DNA from: an uncultured Acidobacteriota bacterium
GTDB taxonomy: Bacteria; Acidobacteriota; Vicinamibacteria; Vicinamibacterales; 2-12-FULL-66-21
Reading direction: 5' to 3'
Assembly: GCA_963725145.1 (NCBI GenBank)
Contig: CAVRXL010000010.1
Coordinates: forward strand, 410,693 to 474,692
DNA: 64,000 nucleotides
The position numbers were made by a program, and so were the translations under genes. Numbering within the stretch: position 1 is the first letter of the stretch; every line of letters begins with the position of its first letter. The notes beneath the pieces are model-generated. The model saw only the letters and a program-made list of their open reading frames with translations, made no database searches and was not told where the DNA came from. This document shows positions 51,861 through 62,219 of the stretch, one piece after another.

Positions 51861-53706
51861 CGAGCGTCGTTCCGGCCGCGCCGCCGCGCACCGGCTCGCC
51901 GGTGGTCCGGCTGCTTCATCGGGTCGAGGATGGCCTCGCGGCCGTCGCGCTTGGCGTGATGGTCGTCCTGCCTCTCGCGGAGATCCTGCTTCGCCGCTTC
52001 GCCGGCACGGGCATTCGCGGGTCCATTCCGTTCGTCCAGCATCTGGTGCTCTGGGTCGGGTTTCTCGGCGCGGCGCTGGCCGCGCGCGAGGGCACGATGC
52101 TGGCGCTGGCGACCGGCACGTTCCTTCCGGCGGGTCGCGCCCGTGACTGGGCCGATACGTTTGCCGCCACGGTTGCCGCCGCGGTGTCGGCGATGCTGTG
52201 CGTCGGCGCGTTCGAGCTGGTGAGGAGCGAGCGCGAGGCTGGCACCGTGATCGCTGCCGGCGTCACCACGTGGATCGCGCAAACGGTGCTGCCGTTTGCA
52301 TTCGGGCTGATCGCGTTGCGCACGGTGTGGCGAGCGAAAGGCGGCTGGGCGTCCCGCGCGATCGCGGCGTGCGGCATGGTCGCCGGCGGATGGCTGGTGT
52401 GGAATGCGACCCCCACACTTCCGGCGGGCCTTCAGTGGCCGCTCGTCGCAGCGCTCCTCGTCGCAGCCGGCTGCGGAACGCCGATCTTCGTCGTGCTTGG
52501 AGGAGTGGCGGTCGTCCTGTTCATCACCGACGGCGTCGGGCCGTCGGCGATTCTCATCGAGACCTACCAGCTGGCGGTGAAGCCCACGCTGGCGTCGATT
52601 CCGTTGTTTACGCTCTGTGGATTTCTGCTCGCCGAGGGGAAAGCTCCCGAGCGGCTCCTGAACGTGTTCCGCGCCTTGTTCGGGTGGTTCCCCGGAGGAA
52701 CCGCGGTCGTCTGCGCGATGCTCTCGGCGTTCTTCACGATCTTCACCGGCGGATCCGGGGTCACCATCCTCGCCCTCGGCGGCCTGTTGCTGCCGGCGCT
52801 CATCAAGGACGGCTATCGCGAGAAGTTTTCCGTGGGGCTGCTCACGGCGTCCGGCTCGCTCGGACTGCTGCTCCCGCCGTCGCTGCCCTTGATTCTGTAC
52901 GCGATCGTGGCGCAGATCCCGGTGGAGGATCTGTTCATCGGCGGCATCCTGCCCGGAGTGCTGCTGCTCGGGCTCACGGCCGCATGGGGCGTGCGTGAAG
53001 GCGCCACGCATGCTACTGGCCGCACTCCGTTTTCACCGGCGGCGCGATCCGCGCTTTATGGCAGGGCAAGTGGGAAGTGGCGCTGCCGGTCGTGGTGCTG
53101 GTCGCGCTCTTCGGAGGGTTTGCGACGATCGTCGAAGCGGCGGCGCTCGCGGCGCTCTACGCGTTCATCGTCCAGGTGTTCGTCCACAGTGACGTCCGGC
53201 AGTTCGACACGCTGCGGCGGGTCTTCGCGGAATGTGTGGCCACTGTCGGCGGGGTGCTGGTGATCCTTGGAGTGGCCGTCGGCCTGACGAGCTACCTGAT
53301 TGGTGCGGACGTCCCTGGCCGGTTGCTCGAATGGACGCAGGCCTATATCAGCTCGCCGATGGTCTTTCTGCTGATGCTGAACCTGTTCCTGCTCGTCGTC
53401 GGCTGCCTGATGGACATCTACTCCGCCACCTTCGTCGTCGTACCGCTCATCGTGCCGCTCGGGCAGCATTTCGGCATCCATCCGGTGCACCTCGGCATCA
53501 TCTTCGTCGCGAACCTCGAACTGGGGTACCTCACGCCGCCAGTCGGCATGAACCTGTTTCTTGCGTCCTATCGTTTCAAGAAACCGCTGCTCGAAGTCAC
53601 CGCCGCCTCATTGCCGATGCTGGGCGTCCTTGGCCTCGGCGTCGTGCTCATCACGTACATTCCGTGGATGACAACGGCGCTGCTGGAGGTACTGGGTAAG
53701 ATGTAA
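51857..53706 (+). CDS. TRAP-transporter fused DctQ-DctM permease. The frame is broken once (~53030-53036, a TTTT run).
   Basis: The GTG at 51857 overlaps the dctP stop (GTGA). ORF 51857..53263 carries the DctQ-like N-terminus plus the first DctM helices. ORF 53077..53706 carries the C-terminal helices (..LGYLTPPVGMNLFLASY..). The pieces join near ..GRTPF / AIRALWQGKWEVALPVVVL. Confidence 0.85.
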
Positions 53707-53760
53707 AGAACAGAGAACTAGAGGAGATCGAGGCCGCAGAGAAAAGCGTGGACGGTGAGG

Positions 53761-53820
53761 CACAGAGACGCAGAGACACAGAGGACCGTCTATTTTCTTT
53801 TCTCTGTGTCTCTGTGTCTC
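53761..53820. repeat. CACAGAG/GCAGAGA-motif dyad forming a 19-bp (one mismatch) hairpin after the TRAP operon; probable terminator
   Basis: GAGACGCAGAGACACAGAG (53765-53783) pairs with CTCTGTGTCTCTGTGTCTC (53802-53820). The loop is T-rich. Further CAGAGA and CCTCTGTGG copies lie at about 53711-53745 and 53844-53852. Confidence 0.75.
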
Positions 53821-53867
53821 TTCGTCCCCGCCTTTCTCAAGGGCCTCTGTGGCCTCTATCATTGGTC

Positions 53868-55589
53868 ATGCTCAAGAGTCTCGGGATCCTCCTCGCGATC
53901 GGCATGACGGTCACCGCCTACCAGGCACCCTCGACGCCGCCCGCCGTCGCCGCAACCATTGCCCTCGCGGATGAAGTGGTCGCGGCGTTCAAGCGCCATT
54001 TTCCGGAGCTGGGAACCTACCTGGGGCTGCCGGACGCCGAGCACGGGCGGATCAGCGACAACTCGCTCGACGCCCGCGCGAAGCGCCGTGTCCGAAGAGG
54101 ATCAGTTCCTGCAAAAAGCTGAACGCGATCGACGAGCAGGCGCTCGCCGGGCGCCCCGAGTGGGTGATCCACGGCTTCCTGCGGGAAGCGCTCGACACCT
54201 CGATCGGCAATCGCGTGTGCGAGGCGGAGCTCTGGAGTGTCGATCAAATGGGCGGCTGGCAGGCGTCGTACGGTCAGCTCGCGCAGATCCAGCCGATCGA
54301 CACCGAGGCGCTGCAGAAGCAGGCCATCGCGCGTTTCCGCGGGCTCGCGGGCTATGCGGACAACGAGATCGCGAACCTGCGCGAGGGATTGAAGCGCGGA
54401 TACTCGGCCCCGCGGGGCAACGTCCAGCAGGTGATCACGCAGATGGACGGCTTCGCAGACGACCCGAGCCCTTACTTCGGTCCGGCCGAGCGCACGAAGT
54501 CACAATCCTTCGCGGCAGCCTGGCGTGAAATGGTGAAGAAGGATCTCGTACCCGCGTTCCGTCGCTATCAATCGTTCCTTCGCGATGAGTACCTGCCTCG
54601 CGCGAGGGAAGCGGTGGGCGTCTCCGCGCTGCCGGACGGCAGCGCCTGCTACAAGGCGCGATTGCGCGACATGACGACGATGGCGGTGACGGCGGACGAG
54701 GTACACAAGACCGGGCTCGAGGAGCTGGAGCGCATCAAGACCGCTGAGCGAGCGATCGTCGAGCGGCTGTTCAAAACGTCCGACCTGGACGCGGCCTTCA
54801 CCCAGCTCGAACAGCCGCAATACAAGTGGGACAACCGCGACGCCGTCATCACCCAGGCGCGCAAGCGCTGCCGAGCGTGCGGCCGCCGCGATGCCGCAGT
54901 GGTTCGGACGGCTGCCGAAAACGAAAGTCATCGTGACGCCGATTCCGCTCGTCGAAGAACCGACGGCCGCGGACCGGTATCAGGCCGGGACGATCGACGG
55001 GAAGCGGCCGGGCGAATACCAGATCAACGCCGGCAAATGGATCGGCAACCGGAAGTCGGATCTGGAAGCGGTCGTCTTCCATGAAACGATTCCCGGTCAC
55101 CATCTGGAGTTCTCGCTCTCCAGAGAGCGTGCCGACGCGCACCTGATCACGAAGATCATTTCGACCTCCGCGTTCAGCGAGGGATGGGGCCTGTACGCGG
55201 AGCGGCTCGCCGATGAGATGAAGCTCTACTCGTCGGACCTCGACCTGCTCGGCATGTGGCAGAGCCGCGCCTACCGCGCCGCGCGACTCGTCGTCGACAC
55301 CGGCCTGCACGCGTTCGGCTGGCCGCGCCAGCGCGCGATCGATTTCATGAAGGCGCTCCACCTGGCGAACGACGCGGAGATCACGTCCGAGGTCGATCGC
55401 TACATCATCTGGCCGGGACAGGCGACGGCCTACATGGTGGGCGCGCTGGAGATCGAGCGCCTCAGGGCCGAGTCGCAGCAGCGACAGGGCGAGTCGCTTC
55501 GACGATCGCGGCGCTTCCACGACGCGGTGCTTCAGGACGGCTCGCTGCCGCTGCCGATGCTGCGCGAGAAGATCAGCCGGTTGCCGTAG
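53868..55589 (+). CDS. DUF885-family (metallopeptidase-like, HExxH-related) exported protein. The frame is broken three times (~54080-54090, 54113-54117, ~54862-54872).
   Basis: The ATG at 53868 gives MLKSLGILLAIGMTVTAYQ... The gene is assembled from ORFs 53748..54122, 53959.. (short stretch), 54164..55084 and 54891..55589. Key blocks are ..VVFHETIPGHHLEFS.., ..FSEGWGLYAERLADEM.. and ..DRYIIWPGQATAYMVG... Confidence 0.8.
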
Positions 55590-55590
55590 C

Positions 55591-55607
55591 GCAGCCCTTA
55601 GGGCTGC
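55591..55607. terminator. Short bidirectional hairpin between convergent genes
   Basis: The stem is GCAGCCC-TTA-GGGCTGC. The loop TTA is the complement of the TolB-like gene's TAA stop, and the DUF885 TAG ends at 55589. Confidence 0.35.
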
Positions 55608-56500
55608 TTCACCAACCGATAGCTGACGAACGCAAATCGTGAGCTGTCGGGCGACCAGGATGGCACGTTGATCGTGCCCTGACCGCCGAACAGCTTCGCG
55701 ATGACTTTCGGCGTCCCGCCCGCGAGCGGCATAAGCCGCAGCACGACGTCATGGTTGGGCGGATGTCCTTTGACGCCCTTGTCGTAGGAGAGGAACACAA
55801 TCCAGCGCCCGTCAGGCGAGGGGTGCGGAAACCAGTCCGCGTACGCGTCGTCGAACGTCACCTGCTCCTGCCCGGTTCCATCCGCCGCCATCCGCCAGAT
55901 GCGCATGACGCCGCTGCGCTCGGAGTTGAAGTAGATGAACCGTCCGTCCGCCGTGTAGTCCGGACCGTCGTCCAGCCCCGGCGCCGTCGTCAGGCGCGTC
56001 TCCGCTCCGCCCTCGACCGGGATCGTATAGATGTCGAACTCGCCGTTGCGCTGCGCGCAGTACGTCAGCTTCTTCCCGTCCGGTGACCAGCCGTGCCAGT
56101 AGGACGGACCGAGGGGCGTGACGAGACGCGGCTCGCCGCCGATCGCGGGCAGGACATAGATCAATGACTGCCGCTCTGGCGAATGGCTGATCGCCAGCAG
56201 GCGGCCGTCGGGCGAGAAGCCGTGGTCGTTGTTCAGGCGGCTGGCCGTTCCCGTGTCGATCGCTTCGAGCGTCCCGCCCGTTGTCGGCACGCGGTACAAC
56301 CGGCCGGCACGATTGATGACCAGGAATTTGCCGTCCCGCGACCAGTTCGGCGCCTCGAAGTGCTCCTGCGCACGGTACACGACCTGACGCGCACCCGTCG
56401 CGACGTCGATGATCTCCAGCGTGCTCTCGACGTTGGCCGTCTGCGGCGCACCCCCGACGAGGAGCAGCAGCGCCAGCGGGGCGATCGAGAGCTTCGCCAT
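55598..56500 (-). CDS. TolB-like / PD40 beta-propeller periplasmic protein
   Basis: 300-aa ORF with signal [22 protein letters not shown]. It has repeated PD40-type units: [64 protein letters not shown] and [13 protein letters not shown]. Confidence 0.85.
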   Translation of the reverse strand: MAKLSIAPLALLLLVGGAPQTANVESTLEIIDVATGARQVVYRAQEHFEAPNWSRDGKFLVINRAGRLYRVPTTGGTLEAIDTGTASRLNNDHGFSPDGRLLAISHSPERQSLIYVLPAIGGEPRLVTPLGPSYWHGWSPDGKKLTYCAQRNGEFDIYTIPVEGGAETRLTTAPGLDDGPDYTADGRFIYFNSERSGVMRIWRMAADGTGQEQVTFDDAYADWFPHPSPDGRWIVFLSYDKGVKGHPPNHDVVLRLMPLAGGTPKVIAKLFGGQGTINVPSWSPDSSRFAFVSYRLVKQP

Positions 56501-56528
56501 GGTGCGGGTATTATGCTTCCGAATCGAG

Positions 56529-59183
56529 ATGAGTCTTCAGCCGGGTGAGCAGCTTGGACCGTACCGCATCGAGGCCAGCCTGGGCAAAGGCGGGATGGGC
56601 GAGGTCGTGCGCGCCAGGGACACGCGGCTCGATCGTCCGGTCGCGATCAAGTTCGTCTCCTCGGCATTCGTGGACGAGTCAGCCCGGCGGCGCTTCTTAC
56701 AGGAAGCGCGGATGGCGTCGGCGCTCAACCATCCGCACATCCTCACGGTCCACGAGGTCGGAGAGTCGGACGGCCGTCAGTACCTCGTCACGGAGTTCGT
56801 CGACGGAGGAACCCTCCGCGACTGGGCGCAGGCGGAACGGCGCACGTGGCGGCAGGTCGTCGACCTGCTCGCCGGCGTCGCCGACGGCCTCGCGACCGCG
56901 CATCAGGCAGGGATCCTGCACCGGGACGTCAAGCCAGCGAACATCCTCGTGACCGCAGGCGGGCACGCGAAGCTGGCGGACTTCGGCCTCGCGAAGCTCG
57001 AGGCGCACGCGACGTCAGACGATGCGACCCGAACGATCACGGACGCGACGTCGCCGGGGGCCGTCATCGGGACGGTTGGGTACATGTCGCCCGAGCAGGC
57101 GATGGGCAAGCCGCTCGACGCGCGCAGCGACATCTTTTCCTTCGGACTCGTGCTCTACGAGTTGCTGGCCGGGCGGAAGCCGTTTACAGGCCGGTCGGAC
57201 TTCGAGGTTCTGCAGGCGATCACCTCGCGGCCGGCCGAGCCGCTGCCGGACGATGTCCCCGCTGCGCTCCAGTCGCTCGTCGCGAAGGCGATCGAAAAAG
57301 ACCCGGGCGACCGCTACCAGTCGATGCGGGATGTCGTCGTCGATCTCCGGCGGGTCGCACGACAGAGCGCGGACGGGATCTCCGCACCCATTGCCGCGTA
57401 CCATTCGACGCGCCGACGGACGTGGTGGGTGGCAGGTCCAGTCCTCGCGCTCGTGCTCGCGGCCATCGGTGCGCTCTGGGCCTGGGGAGCGTTCGGGCGC
57501 GCGGATCCGACGTCTCTGACCTACACGCCGCTGACCAACTTCGCCGATTCGGCCGTCGCGCCCGCGCTCTCCCTCGACGGCCGCATGCTGGCCTTCATCC
57601 GCGGAGAGAACACGTTTGTAGGGCCGGGCGATCTGTACGTGAAGCTCCTGCCCGACGGCGAGCCCGTACGGCTCACGCGCGACGGCTCAACCAAGATGGG
57701 ACCCACGATGTTCTCTCCCGACGGGTCGCGGATCGCGTACACCTCCGAATTCGCCGATACCTGGGTCGTGCCGGTCCTGGGCGGGGAACCGAGCCCGCTG
57801 CTCGCGAACGCATCCGGTCTGACGTGGATCGATTCCAGTTCCGGCCAGCGCAATGTCCTCTTCTCAAAGTACATGAATCGTGGCGAGAGCATTCACATGG
57901 GAATCTTCACCTCCAGCGAGAGCCGTGCGGGCGAGCGGAGGGTGTACGTGCCGGCCGACACGAACGGCATGGCTCACCGGTCCTTTCAGTCGCCCGACGG
58001 GCGGCACGTGCTTGTCGTCGAAATGGGCCTCGGCGGATGGCTGCCCTGCCGACTCGTGCCGTTCGACGGGACCTCACCCGGGAAGGCCGTCGGCCCTTCG
58101 CCCGCGCAGTGCACGGACTCGGCCTGGACGCCGGACGGCGCCTGGATGTACTTCTCCGCCAATACCGGGGACGGGTTTCACATCTGGCGACAGCGCTTTC
58201 CCGACGGCCGGCCGGAGCAGCTGACGTCCGGGCCCGCCGAAGAGCAAGGGATTGCGTTCGCCCCGGACGGCCGGTCCTTCGTCACGTCGGTCGGCGAGAG
58301 TCAGAGCACCATATGGATCCAGGATTCCCGAGGGGAGAGGCAGCTTACGTCGCAGGGCTACGCGTTTCTTCCGTCGTTCTCGTCGGATGGGCGACGGTTG
58401 TATTACCTGCAGCGCTCGCGCGCGAATCGGCGATTCGTCAGCGGCGAGCTGTGGGTCACCGACGTCGAGAGCGGCAAGCGCGATCGGCTCCTGCCCGACT
58501 ACTTGATGGAACACTACGCCGTTTCCGGTGATGGGACGCGTGTCCTCTTCATCAACATCGACGATGAAGGGCGCTCCGGGATCTGGGTGGCGCAGCTCGA
58601 CGGGGGCTCGCCCCCGCGGCGGTTGCGTTCGTTGGACCACGTGACACGCGCCGTGTTCGATCCGAAGGGCGGTGTGTTCTTCGTGGGATGGGAACGCGGA
58701 GTGCCGTTCTTGTACCGGATGCAGGATGACGGCAGCGGGATGCGTCGAATCTTGTCGACGCCGATCAGCTTCATCTATGACGTCTCGCCGGACGGAAGCG
58801 TCGTCGCGCTCTGGGAGGGAGAATCGGTCGTCATCTACCCCGCCGCCGGTGGCAGCCGGCTCACGACGATCTGTACGGACTGCGCTACCGCGGGAGAGGA
58901 GAACCGCGGCGTCACGCCGCCTCTCGTCAAATGGTCGCCGGATGGAAGACTGGTGTACGTGCATTCGGCGCCGACGCGCCAGACGTATGTCGTGCCCCTG
59001 AAGCCGGGACAGGTCCTGCCGCCGCTGCCCGCCTCAGGGATGGCCTCGGTGGCAGCGGCGAAAGATCTCCCGGGCGCGCGCCTCCTTCCTCACGCGAGAG
59101 TCTTCTCGAGCGCGGACCCTTCCGTGTATGCCTTCATCCGCGTCGCGACCCATCGCAACATCTATCGTGTGTCCGTTCCATGA
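56529..59183 (+). CDS. Ser/Thr protein kinase (Hanks type) with one TM helix and a C-terminal PD40/TolB-like propeller region
   Basis: The ATG at 56529 lies inside ORF 56409..59183. Kinase motifs are [35 protein letters not shown] and [10 protein letters not shown]. The TM helix is [24 protein letters not shown]. Repeats follow: [64 protein letters not shown] and [11 protein letters not shown]. Confidence 0.9.
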   Translation: MSLQPGEQLGPYRIEASLGKGGMGEVVRARDTRLDRPVAIKFVSSAFVDESARRRFLQEARMASALNHPHILTVHEVGESDGRQYLVTEFVDGGTLRDWAQAERRTWRQVVDLLAGVADGLATAHQAGILHRDVKPANILVTAGGHAKLADFGLAKLEAHATSDDATRTITDATSPGAVIGTVGYMSPEQAMGKPLDARSDIFSFGLVLYELLAGRKPFTGRSDFEVLQAITSRPAEPLPDDVPAALQSLVAKAIEKDPGDRYQSMRDVVVDLRRVARQSADGISAPIAAYHSTRRRTWWVAGPVLALVLAAIGALWAWGAFGRADPTSLTYTPLTNFADSAVAPALSLDGRMLAFIRGENTFVGPGDLYVKLLPDGEPVRLTRDGSTKMGPTMFSPDGSRIAYTSEFADTWVVPVLGGEPSPLLANASGLTWIDSSSGQRNVLFSKYMNRGESIHMGIFTSSESRAGERRVYVPADTNGMAHRSFQSPDGRHVLVVEMGLGGWLPCRLVPFDGTSPGKAVGPSPAQCTDSAWTPDGAWMYFSANTGDGFHIWRQRFPDGRPEQLTSGPAEEQGIAFAPDGRSFVTSVGESQSTIWIQDSRGERQLTSQGYAFLPSFSSDGRRLYYLQRSRANRRFVSGELWVTDVESGKRDRLLPDYLMEHYAVSGDGTRVLFINIDDEGRSGIWVAQLDGGSPPRRLRSLDHVTRAVFDPKGGVFFVGWERGVPFLYRMQDDGSGMRRILSTPISFIYDVSPDGSVVALWEGESVVIYPAAGGSRLTTICTDCATAGEENRGVTPPLVKWSPDGRLVYVHSAPTRQTYVVPLKPGQVLPPLPASGMASVAAAKDLPGARLLPHARVFSSADPSVYAFIRVATHRNIYRVSVP

Positions 59184-60853
59184 CCGTGGCGTCGACCCTC
59201 AGGCCCTCGCTCGCTGCGCTGGCGGTTCTCCTCGCCGTGATGGCAGCGCCCGTCGGCTGGTCCCAGGAGCCCACACCGCAGGCGCTCGCGCGCGAGCGTG
59301 GACGACGGTTCGAGAGAGCGCTGACCGCGATGGACCGTCTGATGCGCGCCTGGTTGAAACATGCCGACGAGCGCACGCTGCTGCTCCCGGATCGCATCGC
59401 GCCTCCGGGTGGCCCGCCGCCCGCGAAGCGCGAGTACACGCCGCACAACTCCGGCGCGGATCTGTATCCTTATTTGATCCTCACCGCTCACCTCACGGAT
59501 CCCGAGCTGTATCGCGGCCGGATGATGGAGATGCTCCGCAACGAGGTGCGCTACACGAGCGCGGAGGCATCGATCCCCGGCAACCTCGATCTGGCGACCG
59601 GTCGCCTGGGTCCGCCAAGCTTCTTCGGCGCTGGTGAATATGCGAAGGACGGCCTCGTGTCCGTCACGGAGTACCTGGGCCGCACGCCCTGGTTCGCGCG
59701 GATGGTGGACATGATGGCCGACGCGATGGAGCGGGCGCCGGTCGAGTCGCGCCACGGCCGGCTGCCCGCGTCCGACTCGGAGCTGAACGGCGATTATCTC
59801 CAGGTGCTGGCGCGGCTCGCGGTCATGACGGGCGAGCAGCGCTTCATCGACTGGGCGCGCCGCATCGCCGACGCCTACATCGAGGAGGTCATCCCTGGCA
59901 GCCACGGCGTGCCGAGCGGCCAGTGGGACTTCGCCGCTCACACCGGCAACCAGCGCCTCCGGTTCCGCGATCACGGCAACGAGCTCATCGTCGGGCTCGT
60001 GCTCCAGTACGCGAACGAGCGGCGCTGGCAGAGCCCGCGCGCGGAGCGTTGGCGTCCCGTCATCGCCCGCATGCTCGACCGGGTCCTCGAGTCCGCGAAC
60101 CCGGATGGCCTGCTGTACAACGAAGTGGATGCGGCCACGTTGAAGCCGATCGACACCGGGCTCTCCGACAACTGGGGATACGTCTACGGCGCCGTCTACT
60201 CGTTCTATCAGTGCACGGGAGACGAGCGGTACCGCGAGGCGGTCAGGCGCGTCCTGCGCAGCCTGCCGAAATATCGACGGCATGTCTGGGAGCCGAGGTC
60301 CGATCCCGCGCTGCCGCTGGGCTCGTTCGACGGTTATGCGGACAGCCTCGAGAGCGCGCTGTACCTGACGGCGCGTGAACCGGCGCCCGAGGCCCTGGAC
60401 TGGATTGAATCAGAAATGGACGTGATGCTCGGGATGCAGCGGCCCGACGGTCACGTCGAGTATTGGTACGGCGAAGGGAATTTCAACCGCACCGCCATGC
60501 TGTACGCGCTCATGCAGAGCCAGGGCGTCCGGCCGGCCCACTGGCGGCCCGGCATGCGAGTCGGAGCGGTTCGCGATGGCGATCGGCTCCACGTGAGCCT
60601 GGAGATGCCGGCCGCATCGACCATCCGGTTCGACTTCGCCCGGCACCGGCGCGCGATGAACCTTCATCAGAACTACGTCCGCCTGAACGAGTTCCCCGAA
60701 TGGTTCGTCGTCGACGAGAACACGCTGTACGAGCTTCGTCGGACCGCGCCTGGTCCAGCGTCGCTCGTCCGGCTCGGATCGGAATTGATCGATGGCGTGA
60801 TGCTCGAACCCGGAGCGTGGATCGTCTCGAAGGCGCAGCCTGCCGCGCCGTAG
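59180..60853 (+). CDS. Hypothetical exported protein, possibly an all-alpha (alpha/alpha-barrel-like) enzyme
   Basis: The ATG at 59180 overlaps the kinase stop (ATGA). The signal peptide is [29 protein letters not shown]. The helix-rich body reads ..DLYPYLILTAHLTDPELYRGRMMEMLRNE..DNWGYVYGAVYSFYQCTGDERYREAVRRVL..YADSLESALYL... I recognise no family. Confidence 0.65.
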   Translation: MTVASTLRPSLAALAVLLAVMAAPVGWSQEPTPQALARERGRRFERALTAMDRLMRAWLKHADERTLLLPDRIAPPGGPPPAKREYTPHNSGADLYPYLILTAHLTDPELYRGRMMEMLRNEVRYTSAEASIPGNLDLATGRLGPPSFFGAGEYAKDGLVSVTEYLGRTPWFARMVDMMADAMERAPVESRHGRLPASDSELNGDYLQVLARLAVMTGEQRFIDWARRIADAYIEEVIPGSHGVPSGQWDFAAHTGNQRLRFRDHGNELIVGLVLQYANERRWQSPRAERWRPVIARMLDRVLESANPDGLLYNEVDAATLKPIDTGLSDNWGYVYGAVYSFYQCTGDERYREAVRRVLRSLPKYRRHVWEPRSDPALPLGSFDGYADSLESALYLTAREPAPEALDWIESEMDVMLGMQRPDGHVEYWYGEGNFNRTAMLYALMQSQGVRPAHWRPGMRVGAVRDGDRLHVSLEMPAASTIRFDFARHRRAMNLHQNYVRLNEFPEWFVVDENTLYELRRTAPGPASLVRLGSELIDGVMLEPGAWIVSKAQPAAP

Positions 60854-60871
60854 CTTTAGCGAAGGCGGGCT

Positions 60872-62218
60872 ATGATGACATCAGTGGAACACCACAAGAA
60901 CCTGGCGATCCTCGTGGGCGGGGGACCCGCACCCGGCATCAACAGCGTGATCGGCGCGGCGACGATCCGCGCGCGGCTCGAGGGCATCGAGGTGCTCGGC
61001 GTGCGCGACGGCTTCGAGTGGATCATGCAGGGCGACATCGACCACGTGATGCCGCTGACGATCGACGCCGTCAGCCGCATCCACTTCCGCGGCGGGTCGC
61101 ATATCGGCATCGCGCGGGCCAACCCCACGTCCGACCCGGCGCTGCTCGAGAAGTGCGTGATGTCGCTGCTGCGGCTCAACGTCACGCAGCTCATCACCAT
61201 CGGCGGCGACGACACGGCGTTTTCCGCGATGAAGCTGGAACAGCGCGCCGCCGGCCGCATCCACGTGGTTCACGTCCCGAAGACGATCGACAACGATCTC
61301 GACCTGCCGCCGCACGTCGACACGTTCGGGTTCCAGACCGCCCGGCACTACGGCGTCGACATCGTGAAGAACCTGATGGTGGACGCGAAGACGACCTCGC
61401 GCTGGTACTTCGTGATCGCGATGGGGCGCAAGGCCGGCCACCTGGCGCTCGGCATCGGGAAGGCCGCCGGCGCGACGCTGACGCTCATTCCTGAAGAGTT
61501 CCCCAAGCCGATCCGTCTGAAGGCGATCGTGGACACGCTCGTCGGCGCGATCATCAAGCGCCTGAGCTACGGGCGCCGCGACGGCGTGGCGATGATCGCC
61601 GAGGGAGTCGTCCTCGACGTCGCCGACGAGGACCTCGCGGGATTGGAAGAGGTCGAGCGCGATGCCCACGGGCACCTCCGCATCGCGGAAGTCAACCTGG
61701 GCGAGATCCTCAAGGCGCAGGTGAACGCACGGCTCAAGAAGTTCGGGATCAAGACGACGACGGCCGTGAAGAACGTCGGGTACGAGCTGCGGTGCGCCGA
61801 TCCCATCCCGTTCGACATGGAGTACACGCGCGACCTCGGCTACTGCGCCGCGAAGTACCTCCTGTCGGGCGGGAACGCCGGCATGATCTCGATCCAGGGC
61901 GGCCACTTCGTGCCGATTCCATTCCATCAGATGATGGATCCGGAGACCGGCCGGACGCGGCTCCGCCTGGTCGACGTCGCGTCTACGCGCTACGCGATCG
62001 CGCGGCGCTACATGATCCGTCTGCGACGCGACGACTTCGAGGATCCGCACGAGCTCGCGAAGCTGGCCGCTACGGCCCGCCTGTCGCTTCAGGATTTCCG
62101 GCGTGAGTTCGAGTACCTCATCGCCAGCGAGCCGCCGCCGCTTCTCGTCGATGAGTGGGGCGAGCAGGTGCCGGCTTCGGGAGATCCGAACCAGTCCCGC
62201 CGCCACGAAGGCGACTGA
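60872..62218 (+). CDS. pfp: 6-phosphofructokinase with pyrophosphate-dependent-type signature residues
   Basis: 448-aa ORF. Motifs are LAILVGGGPAPGINSVI, TIGGDDTAFSA (GGDD rather than GGDG), HVPKTIDNDL (Lys rather than Gly before TIDND) and MGRKAGHLAL. Confidence 0.85.
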   Translation: MMTSVEHHKNLAILVGGGPAPGINSVIGAATIRARLEGIEVLGVRDGFEWIMQGDIDHVMPLTIDAVSRIHFRGGSHIGIARANPTSDPALLEKCVMSLLRLNVTQLITIGGDDTAFSAMKLEQRAAGRIHVVHVPKTIDNDLDLPPHVDTFGFQTARHYGVDIVKNLMVDAKTTSRWYFVIAMGRKAGHLALGIGKAAGATLTLIPEEFPKPIRLKAIVDTLVGAIIKRLSYGRRDGVAMIAEGVVLDVADEDLAGLEEVERDAHGHLRIAEVNLGEILKAQVNARLKKFGIKTTTAVKNVGYELRCADPIPFDMEYTRDLGYCAAKYLLSGGNAGMISIQGGHFVPIPFHQMMDPETGRTRLRLVDVASTRYAIARRYMIRLRRDDFEDPHELAKLAATARLSLQDFRREFEYLIASEPPPLLVDEWGEQVPASGDPNQSRRHEGD

Positions 62219-62219
62219 G

